From contig NC_057720.1 in assembly GCF_004010195.1 (NCBI RefSeq), positions 2,895,160 through 2,959,159 of the forward strand: a stretch of DNA of 64,000 bases, given 5' to 3'. Positions 24,096-37,369 of the stretch are shown in pieces. The notes beneath the pieces were generated by a model. That model worked only from the letters and a program-made list of their open reading frames with translations, had not been told where the DNA came from and made no database searches. The stretch comes from Chiloscyllium plagiosum (lineage: Eukaryota). Position 1 is the first letter of the stretch. Each line of letters opens with the position of its first letter. Position numbers and translations under genes: made by a program.

Positions 24096-26179
24096 TAGAT
24101 TGAGGAAAAGAGGTCACATTTCCTGCTGATTCAGGTCCAACAAAATGACTTTGGTAACGATTATTTCTCACCTGAAAGTCATGCAAAGGAACATTACACC
24201 GAGGGCTCAGTTGGAAGTGATTGTGGTGTTGTAATTGGCAATAATTAACGATAAAAATCTTTCAACACCCATCTTCTCAAGGTAGATATTTTCTCATGAA
24301 CCCATTCAGAGGTGTTATATATACACACATCTGGAGTGAATGGGATTTATACCTGGGTCTTGTGGTTCAGAGACAGGGACCCTATGTCAAGTGCCCTTTC
24401 ATCTTTGTCAGTGTAGTATTGAATATTAATCTGTTTGCATACTTTCTTTTGAGAGATAATAAAAGGGAACTTGGAGGTTACATATCAAGTTCACTTTGTA
24501 TCAGCTTAGCTCCTCAAGGTATATCTATTAAAATGTTTGGCTGGTGGGTTAACCTTGTCAATTCACATGATTCCAGTTTTTCTTGCTTTGTGAATGCATC
24601 GTCTTCTTTCATCAAAGTTAATGTAAATGAAAACCAGAGCTGGAGCAACACCCAGATCTCAGAACGTCCTTACTTGAATCAGCTTCTAGTTCCTTTTTCT
24701 CTTTGGAATATGGGCATCACTGGAAAGGCCAGTGTTTGCTGTTCTTCCTTAATTGCCCATGGACGGAGCAGTTGCCTCAGTCTTTCTGGGGTCAGTGAGG
24801 TGTCAGCTACATTACTGTGGGTCTGGAGTCACGTGGAGGCCAGACCAGGTAAGATGGCAGCTTCCGTTCACTTGATGGGATTAGTCAGTCACATGGACTT
24901 TTTTAACAATCAATGATGGTTTTATGGTCATCATCACTGGGCCTTACTCTCAGTCCCAGAATTCTAATTGAATTTATATTCCACCATCTGCTGTGGTGGG
25001 GTTTGAACTCCTGTCCCTAGTGCATTCACCCTGAGCCTCTGGGTTACCAATCCAGGGACATTACTACAGCCCCACCATCATCTTTTTTTCTGAATCCTTT
25101 AATGGTGTGGCATGAGAACTTACAGACACATAACAGGTCAGTTTGTGTGGCTGTTTCTGGTGATGACCAATCAGATTGTTTCAACATGACTGCCAAAATC
25201 TGGCAAATCTGGATCCTTGCTGAGTTAATCAGAGACACTGTGAAATTGAAACAAAGCATATTGCACTGACAGTGAAAACTAATTCATTTCAGACTAACTT
25301 ATACTGATAGGGTGAGGTATAGAAGGAGGCTTGTGTGGTGTAAAATGACCAACATGGATTGCTTGGGCTGATTGGACAGTTCTGTGCTGGAAACACCATG
25401 TGATTTGGTGTAAGTATTTGGGATTTCCTATTTACAAACATCTAACTTACAAATGCAATCGCAATCAGAGGTGTAATTTTAAAGCTCTAGCGTACAAACA
25501 TTACTGACTACCAGCCCCTTTATACTTTCCTGAATTGTGTTCCGACTTGCAGACAACTCAGCATGAGAGGAGACTCCAGACTGAAGTCTGCTCACAACCC
25601 GGGACTGTCCGTATATTTGTTTGCAGGACCCAGAAAACAACATTGATTTGACACAGAGATTACTCAACAGTCAACTGAAATATGATAGGAATGATTCCAG
25701 CTTTCAACAGAAGATTCACTCAATGGCCTGAGAAAATGAATCACCCCCATATTTCTCTTTCAATGTTGGTTTTCTGATCTCTAGCCAATTCTTTCCCATG
25801 AAGTCTTTGTTCCATCATTGACATCAGTTAGCAAAGTGGGTTAGTACACATCATGAATGGTGGCTTGAGACCATGTGTGACTTGATATTGGCTTAGTAAA
25901 TCCCAGCAGCTAGTGTCAGCACCTCTGTGAGAATCAACCAGGAAACCAGTCCAAACTGACTTTCTGTACACAACCTGATCTATAGTTGAGTTTCTGATAG
26001 TTGATAAAATCCAAAATATCCTGAAAGAAAGTCAGAAATGTGAGTATAGCATGAGAGCAGACGCAGGAGGTAAAGACTTGTGGGCCAGATGAATGTTCTT
26101 TATATCAACTCACAGAGTATGACAAACACATTCAGTACCATCGCTGAACCCCAGCTCCCCCCCTCCACCCACCCACCCA

Positions 26180-26840
26180 CCACTAGCAACATCCTGGAAA
26201 TTACCACTGGTTGAAACAGATGAGCCACATAACTACAGTGGCTAAAGGAATAGATCAGAGACCAGGAATCTTGCAGCGAGCAACTCACCTCCTGACTCCC
26301 TAGAGTCTATCCACCAGCTACAAGGCACAAGTCATGAGTGTGATGGAATACTCCCCACTTGCCTGGATGGGGGCAGCTCCAACAACACTCAAGAAGCTCT
26401 ACACCATCCAGCACAAAGCAGCCCCCACTTGATTGGCACCACATCCACAAGCATCCACTCCCTCCACCACCGACGCTCAGTAGCACTAGTTTGTACTACC
26501 TACAAGATGTACTGCAGAAATTCACCAAAGATCCTCAGACAGCACCTTCCAAACCCACAACCACTTCCATCTAGAAGGACTAGGATAGCAGATACATAGG
26601 AACACTAGCCCTTGCAAGTTCCCCTCCAAGCCACTCACCAGCCTGAGTTGGAAATATATCCCCGTTCCTTCACTGTCACTGTGTCAAACTCCTGGAATTC
26701 CCTCCCTAAGGGCATTGTGGGTCACACTACAGCACGTGGACTGCAGCGGTTCAAGAAGGCAGCTCACCCCCACCTTCTCAAGGGCAACTAGGGACAGGTT
26801 ATAAATACTAATGATGCCTATGTGCTTCAGTGAATGAAAA
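26180..26840 (+). mobile_element. L2/CR1-group LINE 3' part (family distinct from the main CR1)
   Basis: Homologous to 49010-49712; tail gggcaactagggacagg...ataaat. Confidence 0.75.
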
Positions 26841-27234
26841 AAGTAATAAATTAATTGTGGCCCCAGCATTGATCCCTGTGCCATTCCATTAGTTTCAGAT
26901 TGTCGTCCTGCAAGTTCCCAATTTATCCAAACTCTCTGGCTACTATTGGTTACCTGATCCATGCTAATATACTGCCCTCAACACCATGGACTCTTGTCCT
27001 ATTAAACAGCCCAATGTGTGATACCAAATCCCATCTGAAAATCCCATACCTGTACATTACGACCAGTGCCTCCCCTTCATCTATCCTTCTTGGAATTCTC
27101 GTACATTTGTTGGCTCTGATTTCCGCTTCGTGAAGCCCTGCTGACTCTGCTGGATCATATTATGCATTTCTAAATGCTCTGTAATTTCATCCTTTGTAAT
27201 AGATTCTAATATTTTCCCAACAACAATTGTGATA

Positions 27235-28362
27235 GGCTCTGGAAGGTTAGATCACGTGGAAACCAGGGCAAGTTGGCAAATTGAACACAAAATAAGCTTG
27301 ATGGGAGGAAGCGGAGGGTAATAGTGGAAGGATGCTTGTTGGACTGGAGGCCTGTGGAGTGCCTCAGGGGTCAGTGCTGGGCCCATTGCTGTTTGTTATC
27401 TATATCAATGATTTAGATGAGAATGTACAAGGCATGATTAGTAAGTTTGCTGATGACACTAAAATAGACAGTACTGTGGACAGTGAGGAAGGTTATCAGA
27501 AATTGCAGCAGGACCTTGATCAGCTGGGGAAGTGGGCCAAGAAATGGCAAATGGAGTTTAATATAGATAAGGGTGAGGTCTTGCATTTTGGAAAATCAAA
27601 TCAAGGTCGGAGTTTCATGGTGAATGGTGGGGCCTTAAGGAGTGTAGTGGAACAGAGAGACCTTGGAGTTCAGGTGCACGGTTCTCTGGAAGTGGAGTCC
27701 CAGGTAGACAGGGCAGTGAAGAAGGCTTTTGACACATTGGCCTTCATTAGTCAGAGCACTGAGTATAGAAGTTGGGAAGTTATGTTGCAGTTGTACAGGA
27801 CATTGGTGAGGCCACACTTGGAGTACTGTGTACAGTTTTGGTCACCTTGCTATAGGAAGGATGTCATTAAACTGGAAAGAATACAGAAGAAATTTACAAG
27901 GATGTTGCCCAGGACTCAATGGTCTGAGTCACAGGGAGAGGTTGGACAAGCGTGGACCTTTTTCTTTAGAGCGTAGGAGACTGAGGGGGGACCTAATAGA
28001 GGTGTATAAGATCATGAGAAACATGGATAGGGCAAATGCACTCAGTCTTTTTCCCAGGGTTGGGGAATTAGGACTAGAGGGGCATCAGTTTAAGGTTAGA
28101 GGGGAAAGAATAAAAGGGAATCCGAGGGGCAACTTTATTTACCCAGAGGGTGGTTCACACATGGAATGAGCTGCCAGCGGAAGTGGTTGAGGTAGGTACA
28201 TTAACAACATTTAAAAGGCAGTTGGACAAATACGTGGATAGGAAAGGTTTAGAAGGATATGAACCAAGTGCAGGGAAATGGGGTTAGTGTGGATGGACAT
28301 TTTGGTCGGCATGGACCAGTTTGGGCCAAGGGCCTGTCTCCATGCTGTAGGACTCTATGACT
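27235..28362 (+). mobile_element. CR1 LINE, 5' truncated; same subfamily as 22924-24095 in opposite orientation
   Basis: ORF 27332..27976 [21 protein letters not shown]...FADDTK. Confidence 0.9.
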
Positions 28363-29412
28363 GTCCACAGACACTGTCTCTGTACTGTAGGACTGTATAA
28401 CGACGATTAAACTAACTGGCCTATAGTTGGCTGTTTTTGTCTCCTTCACTTTTTCAATTCTCTGGGACTTTTCCAGAATGTAAGAATTTCTGGAAGATTA
28501 CTACCAGTGCATCTCTGTAGCCACCTGCTTTAATATCCTAAGAATTGCCCAACAGGTCCGAGAAACCTATCAGGCTTTAGTCTTTTGCTTTCCCAGCACT
28601 TTTCCTGATGTGATGGATATTGTATTGATTTCCTCTCCTCCTTTCACCCCCTGGAACATCCCTGGAATATCCCTGCTGTGCTGCCTTTGTCACTGGCTCA
28701 GAGCCCCGTTATAATCCAGTTTCACTCATTTCTCCTTCCCCCTTTGTCTGCAACATCAGAGACATCATTTTCTACATCCTTTCACTTCTGATGAAAAACT
28801 ACTAGATTCAAAACATTAACGCCATTTCTGTTTCCACAGGTGCTGCCAGACCTGCTGAGCTTCTCCAGATTTATTTCACATTTCTAGAATCCACAGGATT
28901 TTACTTTACTATTTTGCTTTCTTTTGTACCATCTATTTCTTTTTGACTCCAGTTTTTGCTCATCTCCTCGATTTCGAGGGCTGTCCCTCTCCCCTCCCCT
29001 CTGGAATTCAGCTCTTTTGTCCATGTTTGACCCTAGGCTGTAATGAGGTCAGGAGCTGAGTGACCCTGGAGGAACCCAAACTGGGCGTCACTGAGCAGGT
29101 TATTGCTGAGCAGGTGCTGCTTGATAGCTCTGTACTGACCCCTTCCATCACTTTACTGAGGATGGAGAGTAGACTGATGACGTGGTAATTGGCCGGGTGA
29201 ATTTGTCCTGCTTTTTATGTTCAGGGCATACCTGGGCAACTTTCCACAGAGATACCAGTGTTGTAACTGTGCTGGAACAGCTTGGCTAGAGGAGCAGAAC
29301 GTTCTGGAGGACACGTCTTCAGTGCTGTGGTGTATTGAAAGTGATTTAATCTCAAGTGACTGAGTGAAACTTGGGTCTTTATGGATATATGACAGACTGC
29401 TCTCTGTTTCAG

Positions 29413-29466
29413 GGTCCTGTAGGTCCTCGTGGAGATAGTGGTGAACCTGGAGATGAAGGGTTTAAG
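29413..29466 (+). CDS. COL24A1: Collagen exon G (54 nt): GPVGPRGDSGEPGDEGFK
   Basis: tctctgtttcag|GGT...AAG|gtaatt. Confidence 0.95.
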
Positions 29467-29709
29467 GTAATTTCTTCATATTATTCCACATTCTACAAGC
29501 TAAGGTCAGACTGTCCCACACATGATGCTGGTAGGAGCTACTTGTTATCTGGAGCTAGAGTACAGTTTGTCAGAACTCTGGTGAGGGAAGGGGTGTTGGT
29601 CATTCAAGCGAGGATTGCAATGAAACACAAGATGACATTGTCCCAGATCGTTCAGACTCAAAACGATGGGTGGCAGGACTTCTTTCCCAAGCTGTACATC
29701 AGAACCTTG

Positions 29710-30838
29710 GGATAGTCCTGACCCGCCCCCCCCATCACCGTGGGAATGACCTCAGGATAGTTCTGACCCACTCATCACCGTGGGAATTACCCCGGGAGAA
29801 TCCTGACCCACCCATCACCGTGGGAATTACTCCGGGATAGTCCTGACCCACCCATCACCGTGGGAATTACCCCGGGAGAATCCTGACCCACCCATCACCG
29901 TGGGAATTACCCCGGGATAGTCCTGACCCACCCATCACCGTGGGAATTACCCCGGGAAAGTCCTGACCCACTCATCACCACCGTGGGAATTACCCCGGGA
30001 AAGTCCTGACCCACTCATCACCGTGGGAATTACATCGGGATAGTCCTGACCCACTCATCACCGTGGGAATTACCCCGGGATAGTCCTGACCCACCCATCA
30101 CCGTGGGAATTACCCCGGGAACGTCCTGACCCACTCATCACCGTGGAAATTACATCGGGATAGTCCTGACCCACCCATCACCGTGGGAATAACTCCGGGA
30201 TAATCCTGACCCACCCATCACCGTGGAAATTACCCCGGGATAATCCTGACCCACCCATCACCGTGGGAATAACCTCGGGATAGTCCTGACCCACCCATCA
30301 CTGTGGGAATAACCTCGGGATAGTCCTGACCCACCAATCACTGTGGGAATAACCTCGGGATAGTCCTGACCCACCCATCACTGTGGGAATTACCGCGGGA
30401 TAGTCCTGACCCACCCATCACCGTGGGAATTACCCCGGGATAGTTCTGACCCACTCATCACCGTGGGAATTACCCCGGGATAGTCCTGACCCACTCATCA
30501 CCGTGGGAATTACCCCGGGATAGTCCTGACCCACCCATCACCGTGGGAATAACTCCGGGATAGTCCTGACCCACTCATCACCGTGGGAATTACCCTGGGA
30601 TAGTCCTGACCCACCCATCACCGTGGGAATAACTCCGGGATAGTCCTGACCCACCCATCACTGTGAAAATTACCCCGGGATAATCCTGACCCACCCATCA
30701 CCGTGGGAATAACTCCGGGATAGTCCTGACCCACCCATCACTGTGGGAATAACCTCAGGATAGTCCTGACCCACTCATCACTGTGGGAATTACCCTGGAT
30801 AGTCGTGACCCACCCATCACCTTGGGAATTACTCGGGA
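29710..30838. repeat. 40-bp minisatellite, about 28 copies
   Basis: Unit gggatagtcctgacccacccatcaccgtgggaattacccc. Confidence 0.95.
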
Positions 30839-31856
30839 AGTCTGAACATCTGACAGGAAATTCCCTGCTCTGAGAACGTCTCTCTCTCTGAGTTGGATCT
30901 GGAGTTGTTGGACATTTCTGTGGGACTAAGTTCAACAGAAAATGTTAGACAGAAAACTCCAAGTCTAATTACTGAGCGGCTATAGAACTGATGTCACACC
31001 TGACAGTCACTCTCTATGCACTCCCCATCTCCTTCCCCCATGAATACTCCCAGGATCCAAACCAACTACCATCCGCACCCCCTACGCAATCACCCATTGA
31101 GTCGATATGACTAGCCTTCCTCAACCCATGACCCTTCCCTGGTGGACCCTCACCACTTGATGACTATTGACCCCTTGGAATGACCTGACTAACCCCACAC
31201 CTTCCATTACCCCCTCCCTCCCCCCAGTCTGACCACCCCTTCTGACCCACCTTGCCAACTAGCCCATCCCCAAGCTCGCCCACTTACCATCCTGCAGTGG
31301 GTGGCAGTGGAGAAGTTGTGTAGAAGGACTGTGAGTTACAATGACCAGGAAGGGACATGTTCAGGTCCATAAAGATAAGGTCTATCACTGACCAGCGAAT
31401 GGACATGACTCAAAAAGTGGTGAAAATATCGAGCTGGTGACCAGGGGGATTGAGCCTGGGGTGTGTTACAGATTCACCAAGTGGCAGGCTCAATGTATCT
31501 TTCAGGGACCTAACGAGGTGAAAGGGAGGTTCTCCGTAATTCTATGCAATCGCTGACCATCAATATCAAGATGACAACAATGTGTTAGGGAGTAATCCAA
31601 GAGAGAGGGAATCAATCAAAAGCTGGTGTTCTCCTGCAGAATTCCCCTGGAGTTTAGCTACACGTGTGGAATCCTCCTTTGACACATTCTCTGTAAAGCT
31701 GAGCAGAATGGTTGGGTGTCGGGTGGGGGGGGGGGTGGGGTGGTCGTTGTCGGGGTGATGGGAATGATTTGAAAATTGATTCTGGACCTGACTGCATTCT
31801 CAAACACCACACACAGCAGGTTCATCCAGTTTGACCATTCTGCCTGATTTCTGCAG

Positions 31857-31910
31857 GGTTACGCAGGCTTGCCAGGACTGAGGGGAGCTGCAGGACAGCA
31901 AGGATTGCCG
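31857..31910 (+). CDS. COL24A1: Collagen exon H (54 nt): GYAGLPGLRGAAGQQGLP
   Basis: gatttctgcag|GGT...CCG|gtatga. Confidence 0.94.
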
Positions 31911-32372
31911 GTATGACATTCTACACAGCTATCTGTTTGACATGAACAACAATATGCAACATGAGCCACCAAATGCTGTACTGAAGGAGTGCCGCACTGT
32001 CGGAGGGTCAGTGCTGAGGGAGTGCCGCACTGTCAGTTGTGTTATGTTTTGAATGAGACTTTAAACCATGGTCCCTTCTCGTAGCCACTGGTTTGAGGGT
32101 GATCTGGGACATTCTCTGCTGTGTCCCAGCCAAACATCATGTGACCTTGGAGCTGAAGCTTGGCTCCATCTGCAAGTGTACCTTCAGAAACTCCTGGAGT
32201 AGGACTCCCACGTCGCTTTGCAATTCAGGCTTCTGAATTTTCTCTCCATTTAGAAAACAGTCCATCCCTCTATTCTTCCTCTGAAAGTACATGACCTCAC
32301 TTTCCCACCTGTCATCTTCCTCCTGTTCCTGTAATGTAGTTTCTGGCTGTGAAGATCTTTTTGTGGAATGTT

Positions 32373-32373
32373 C

Positions 32374-32449
<76 letters not shown>

Positions 32450-32467
32450 TCTGTCTCTCTCTCTCTC
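32373..32467. repeat. (CT)n/(CTGT)n microsatellite upstream of exon I
   Basis: Direct reading. Confidence 0.95.
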
Positions 32468-32518
32468 GTTGATATTGTCAATTTATCTCCATGTAATGTT
32501 TCTTTCTCCTCCATTCAG

Positions 32519-32572
32519 GGAGATTCAGGTGATCCTGGAGAGCAAGGGCTTAAAGGAGAAAAAGGAAAGCAG
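32519..32572 (+). CDS. COL24A1: Collagen exon I (54 nt): GDSGDPGEQGLKGEKGKQ
   Basis: ctcctccattcag|GGA...CAG|gtacga. Confidence 0.95.
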
Positions 32573-33849
32573 GTACGAGGTGCAGACAAAGTTAACGTCC
32601 TCCACACGTGTCCAGTTGGCCAAGTGCTCAGATCAAGTCCAGTGTTGGCTGTGGCTAATGGGTAGAACTCCTGCCAATCACTCAGGAGGTTCTGGATGAA
32701 GAATACATCCTCCCTGTCGAAGGCACTGCTTGGGGTTTCTCAGCTACAATGAGACTCTTCCTGAGACAGTGCTACAGTTCAGTGAGGAGGTGTATTCCTG
32801 TAATATTTGTTGCAATCTATGCATGTGCCAATAACCTTTTTAGGAAAAGACATTCAAACTTACAACAACAGCCACATGGCTTAGCCAGCAGCAGCCAGAA
32901 CCTTGCACACAACAGCCTGCATTAAGATAGCACCTTTACTGCCACACAACCAGCCCAGGTGGTTCACAGGCATGTTATCAGAGAAGATCAGGGATTGATG
33001 AGAACATGGAACCCGATGAGGTGAATTGTGTCAGTGTGTTTAAATCACGTGTGAGGGAGGAAGGGAGGGAGGAGCATGTGGAAAGTGAAGGTCAGGTTAA
33101 ATGGGAAACTCCTTTGGAGTGTAGCACTGGCTTGGTCCATCCAGGCTGAATGGCCTGTGGCTATGCTGTACATTCAGTGGGACTGTGTAAACATTGACAG
33201 CGAACCATACTGGGACAAATGGTTCCAAACTTGAACAAGCTGAAGATTTGAAGAAGCAGAAAGTGGTTTAGCGAGGGAATTCCTAAAGTGGATTCCCACT
33301 CACTGCTCCATATGGATCATAGCTCCCTCCATTCCCAGCAGCCCCCCTGCTCCACCCCCCACCCCCAATGGGAGGGATGGTGCCAAGCTGCAGAGGCCCT
33401 GACTTACAGCACTGAAGGCAATTAGTGTCAGCATCAGGCTTGACCCCTCGCCATGGGAAAGCCTCTGACTCCTGGCCCAGTGCTGGCTATGGGGATATGG
33501 TTATGGGGCTAGATATTGGGCTAGGTCAAGTCCCAAAATTAGACCTTGGAAAGGAAAATTTGAAAACCGGGTGTGAGGAGGGACGTAGCCAGTTTATTTT
33601 CTGCAGAAATCCTTCCTTGACACATCAGCTGTGAGCAATGTGTGGGCTGTGGTGATACAACCCGTTTCAGGGTGTTGCTGTGTGGCAGCTGGTCAGGACT
33701 CCTCTGTCACAGGGAGTATGTGGGACAGAGGGCTCCTAGACTCTGACCTTTGCCTGCAAGAAAGTCTGCGCTCCCTTATCCTTTCATGTGTAATCATCTT
33801 TAAACCAGTGTTCCTGTCTTATCTGCAGCCACACTGAAAGTATTGTGAG

Positions 33850-34317
33850 CGAGTGTTGAAAAGATTTGTAGCTCAGGTTGTGGTTCTGGATGTAGGTTTC
33901 CTCGCTGAGCTGGAAGGTTTGTCGCCACCCCAGGTGACATCATCGGTGAACTCACCACACCAGGTGACATCATCGGTGAACTCACCACACCAGGTGACAT
34001 CATCAGTGAACTCACCACACCAGGTGACATCATCGGTGAACTCACCACACCAGGTGACACCATCGGTGAGCTCGCCACACCAGGTGACATCATCGGTGAA
34101 CTCGCCACACCAGGTGACATCATCGGTGAACTCGCTACACCAGGTGACATCATCAGTGAACTCGCCACACCAGGTGACATCATCAGTGAACTCGCCACAC
34201 CAGGTGACATCATCGGTGAACTCGCCACACCAGGTGACATCATCGGTGAACTCACCACACCAGGTGGTGAAACATCTCAAAACAAACCCTCCAGCTCAGC
34301 GAGCAAGCCTACATACT
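33850..34317. mobile_element. Fold-back family C Penelope-derived element enclosing a tandem array
   Basis: Left arm gatttgtagctc...tgtaggtttcctcgctgagctggaagg resembles 21120-21170; right arm ccctccagctcagcgagcaagcctaca is its inverse. Confidence 0.72.
33931..34266. repeat. 30-bp tandem repeat, 11 copies plus a partial copy
   Basis: Unit caggtgacatcatcggtgaactcaccacac. Confidence 0.95.
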
Positions 34318-34425
34318 TTGAGCTAAATTTCCATGTTTCATAAATCCCGGAAGTGGAGCAGCTGCAATACCCCACAGATTTCTGAAGACGTGTCCTGACT
34401 AATTGGTGTTAAGGTGGTTGGTACA

Positions 34426-36640
34426 TGTTATGGACCAGACCAGACCAGACCAGACCTCCTCAAAATATTTTAAGAGGGTAGCCTCGACCCTAACTGTTAC
34501 TTATTTTAATTCAAATGTAAAATGCTGTGTTCTAGATGCAATGCAACTGGTCAAACTACTCAACATTAAACAAAGAACATTCCAGCACAGGGACAGGCCC
34601 TTCAGCCCTCCAAGCCTGCACCGATCCAGATCCTCGATCTAAACCTGTTGCCTATTTTCTAAGGATCTGTATCCCTCTGCTCCCTGCCCATTCATGTATC
34701 TGTCTGAGATACATTTTAGATGACGCTATCATCCCCACCTCTACCAACTCTGCTGGCATCACGTTCCAGACATCCACTACCCTCTGCATAAAGAACTTGC
34801 CACGCATATTTCCCCTAATCTTTTCCCCCCTCACCTTGAACTCATATAGAACATAGAACATTACAATGCAGTACAGGCCCTTCGGCTCTCAATGTTGCGC
34901 CGACCTGTCATACCAATCTGAAGCCCATCCCACCTANNNNNNNNNNNNNNNNNNNNNNNNNNNNNNNNNNNNNNNNNNNNNNNNNNNNNNNNNNNNNNNN
35001 NNNNNNNNNNNNNNNNNNNNNNNNNNNNNNNNNNNNNNNNNNNNNNNNNNNNNNNNNNNNNNNNNNNNNNNNNNNNNNNNNNNNNNNNNNNNNNNNNNNN
35101 NNNNNNNNNNNNNNNNNNNNNNNNNNNNNNNNNNNNNNNNNNNNNNNNNNNNNNTCCCTCTATTAATAAAAGCGAAAACACTGTATGCCTTCTTAACAAC
35201 CCTGTCAACCTGGGTGTCAACTTTCAAGGATCTGTGTACCTGGACACCGAAATCTCTCTGCTCATCTACACTGCCAAGAATCTTACCATTAGCCCAGTAC
35301 CTTGCATTCCGGTTACTCCGACCAAAGTGAATCATCTCACACTTGTCCGCATTAAACTCCATTTGCCACCTCTCAGCCCAGCTCTGCATCCTATCTATGT
35401 CTTTCTGTAACCTACTGCATCCTTCGTCACTATCCACAACTCCACCTACCTTAGTGTCGTCTGCAAATTTTCTAACCCACCCTTCATGACCCCTCATGAC
35501 CCCTGTAATTGAATCCCCCACTCTGGGAAAAAGCTGCTTGCTATCCACCCTGTCTATACCTCTCATGATTTTGAAGACCTCAATCAGGTCCCCCCCTCCA
35601 ACTCCATCTTTCTAATGAAAATAATTCTAATTTACTCAACCTGTCTTCATAGCTAGCACCTTCCATACCAGGCAACATCCTGGTGAGCCTCCTCTGCACG
35701 CTCTCCAAAGCATCCACATCCTTTTGGTAATGTGGCGACCAGAACTGTACACAGTATTCCAGATGAGGCTGAACCAAAGTCCCATATTACTGTAACATGA
35801 CCTGCCAACTCTTGTCCTCAGTACCCTGTCTGATGAAGGAAAGCAGGTCTTCTTGATCACTCTATTGACCTGCGTTGCCACACTCAGGGTACAGTGGACC
35901 TGAACACCCAGATCTATTTGTACATTAGTTTTCCCCAGGATTTTTCCCTTTACCATATAGTTTTCTGTAGAATTGGATCTTCCAAAATGCGTCACCTCGC
36001 ATTTGCCCGGATTGAACTCCATCTGCCATTTCCCTGCCCAACTCTCCAATCTATCTATATTCTGCTGCATTCTCTGACAGTCCCCTTCATTATCTGCTAC
36101 TCACCAATCTTAGTGTCATCTGCAAACCTGCTAATCAGACCACCTATACCTTCCTCCAGTTCATTTATGTATAAACACTGCAGTTAAAGTAAAACAAAAG
36201 AAAGTTGAGTTTAGAATATCTACTCTATTGGAAAACTTAACAGAATAATAGATACAGTAACTATTACTAATTAACTGTTCCAATATAGTAACATCCTATA
36301 AACCCACAAATTCAGAAATTTGATGTACTCATGTGCAACTGAGCAGCAGAGAGACAAAATATATCAAGCAAAAACTCAGAGAGCAAAGGCCTAAAGGAAA
36401 GAAGGTACGCGGTTAGAGAGGGAGTAACAGCCTGGAGACGTTTACTGCAGCTTCCAGCCCTGTTCAGACTCCAATAGCAACTGAATCTCAAAGCTAAAAA
36501 ACTAGAAATCCTGTACTGTGAGAGCTGGCCACACCCAACCAGGCTGCTTTTATTGTTCCAATTTTTATAAAAAAGCAAGGTCTCACAAGCTGTTTACACT
36601 ATAAGCTATGTCTGCCCAGAAAATTCAGAGACTAGTCTTT
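34426..36640 (-). mobile_element. Possible solo LTR split by nested LINEs
   Basis: Begins tgttatgg (TG..CA type terminus); AT-rich body resumes at about 36175; other terminus not identified. Confidence 0.35.
34570..36170 (-). mobile_element. CR1 LINE (subfamily of 2364-4305) interrupted by another CR1 at about 34846-35483
   Basis: ORFs 34652..34861, 34934..35566 and 35636..36070; inner tail (atagaac)n; N gap 34937-35154. Confidence 0.85.
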
Positions 36641-37369
36641 ACAGAATCAGAGAGGGCACTGAGAGAGGTCATTCATCCATTGTGCCTGTCCTGGTACTTT
36701 GTAACATCTATCACATCTTCCCCTACCTTTTTCCCACAGCCCTGTGAAATATTCTCCTCTGAGTAGTTATCCAGTTCCTTTTTGCAAGTTATTATTGGAT
36801 TTGCTTCCATTGTCCTTATTGACAATGTGTATCAGATCACAACAACTCACTGTGTTTTAAAACCATTCTCATCTCCTCCACCCCCTGCAGTTTCTTTGCC
36901 AATTAGCTTAAATCTTTGCACTCTTGATCCTTAAGGAAGTAAGTTTCTCCCTTTTTACCTGATTGAAAATCTTCCCAGTTTTAAACACTTTCATTAAATC
37001 TCCCCTTAGCTTTCACTGCTAGAAAAACAATAACCTCAGCATCTGTAGTCTGTAAATTCTCGAATAATGGCCATACATTGACCATAGCAGTTAAGGTGCT
37101 CCACTTATCTTCATGTCTAGTGCCAAAGAACACAAAGTACGATGTTATTTTATATAATCCACAGTGTTCCTAATTTGTTTTAACAAAAAATAAACAGCCT
37201 TAAATAGTATTTCTTGGCTATTGTTGAATTATGAGAAATTGATTCTAAATTTGTCAATGAAAATGACCTTTTGGACATGCACAGCCTTGTCTTCACTGAA
37301 AAAGACACGTTTTATTGAAGCTATTCAGTTTGCACGCATCAGAATATTTCACAAGAATACCAATTCAGT

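Noticed and set aside
25405..25612. Possible degenerate Tigger-like MITE
   Set aside because: Only one terminus is faintly recognisable; no paired TIRs.
29710..30838. CRISPR-like appearance of the regular repeats
   Set aside because: Head-to-tail units with no unique spacers, no cas genes, vertebrate context.
31978..32037. Two copies of ggagtgccgcactgtc
   Set aside because: Under two units of a probable common shark tandem or SINE motif; too short to interpret.
33800..34326. Repetitive ORFs (SSPMMSPGVA, VNSPHQVTSS, WCGEFTDDVT)
   Set aside because: Translations of the 30-bp tandem array on both strands; no splice or codon evidence.
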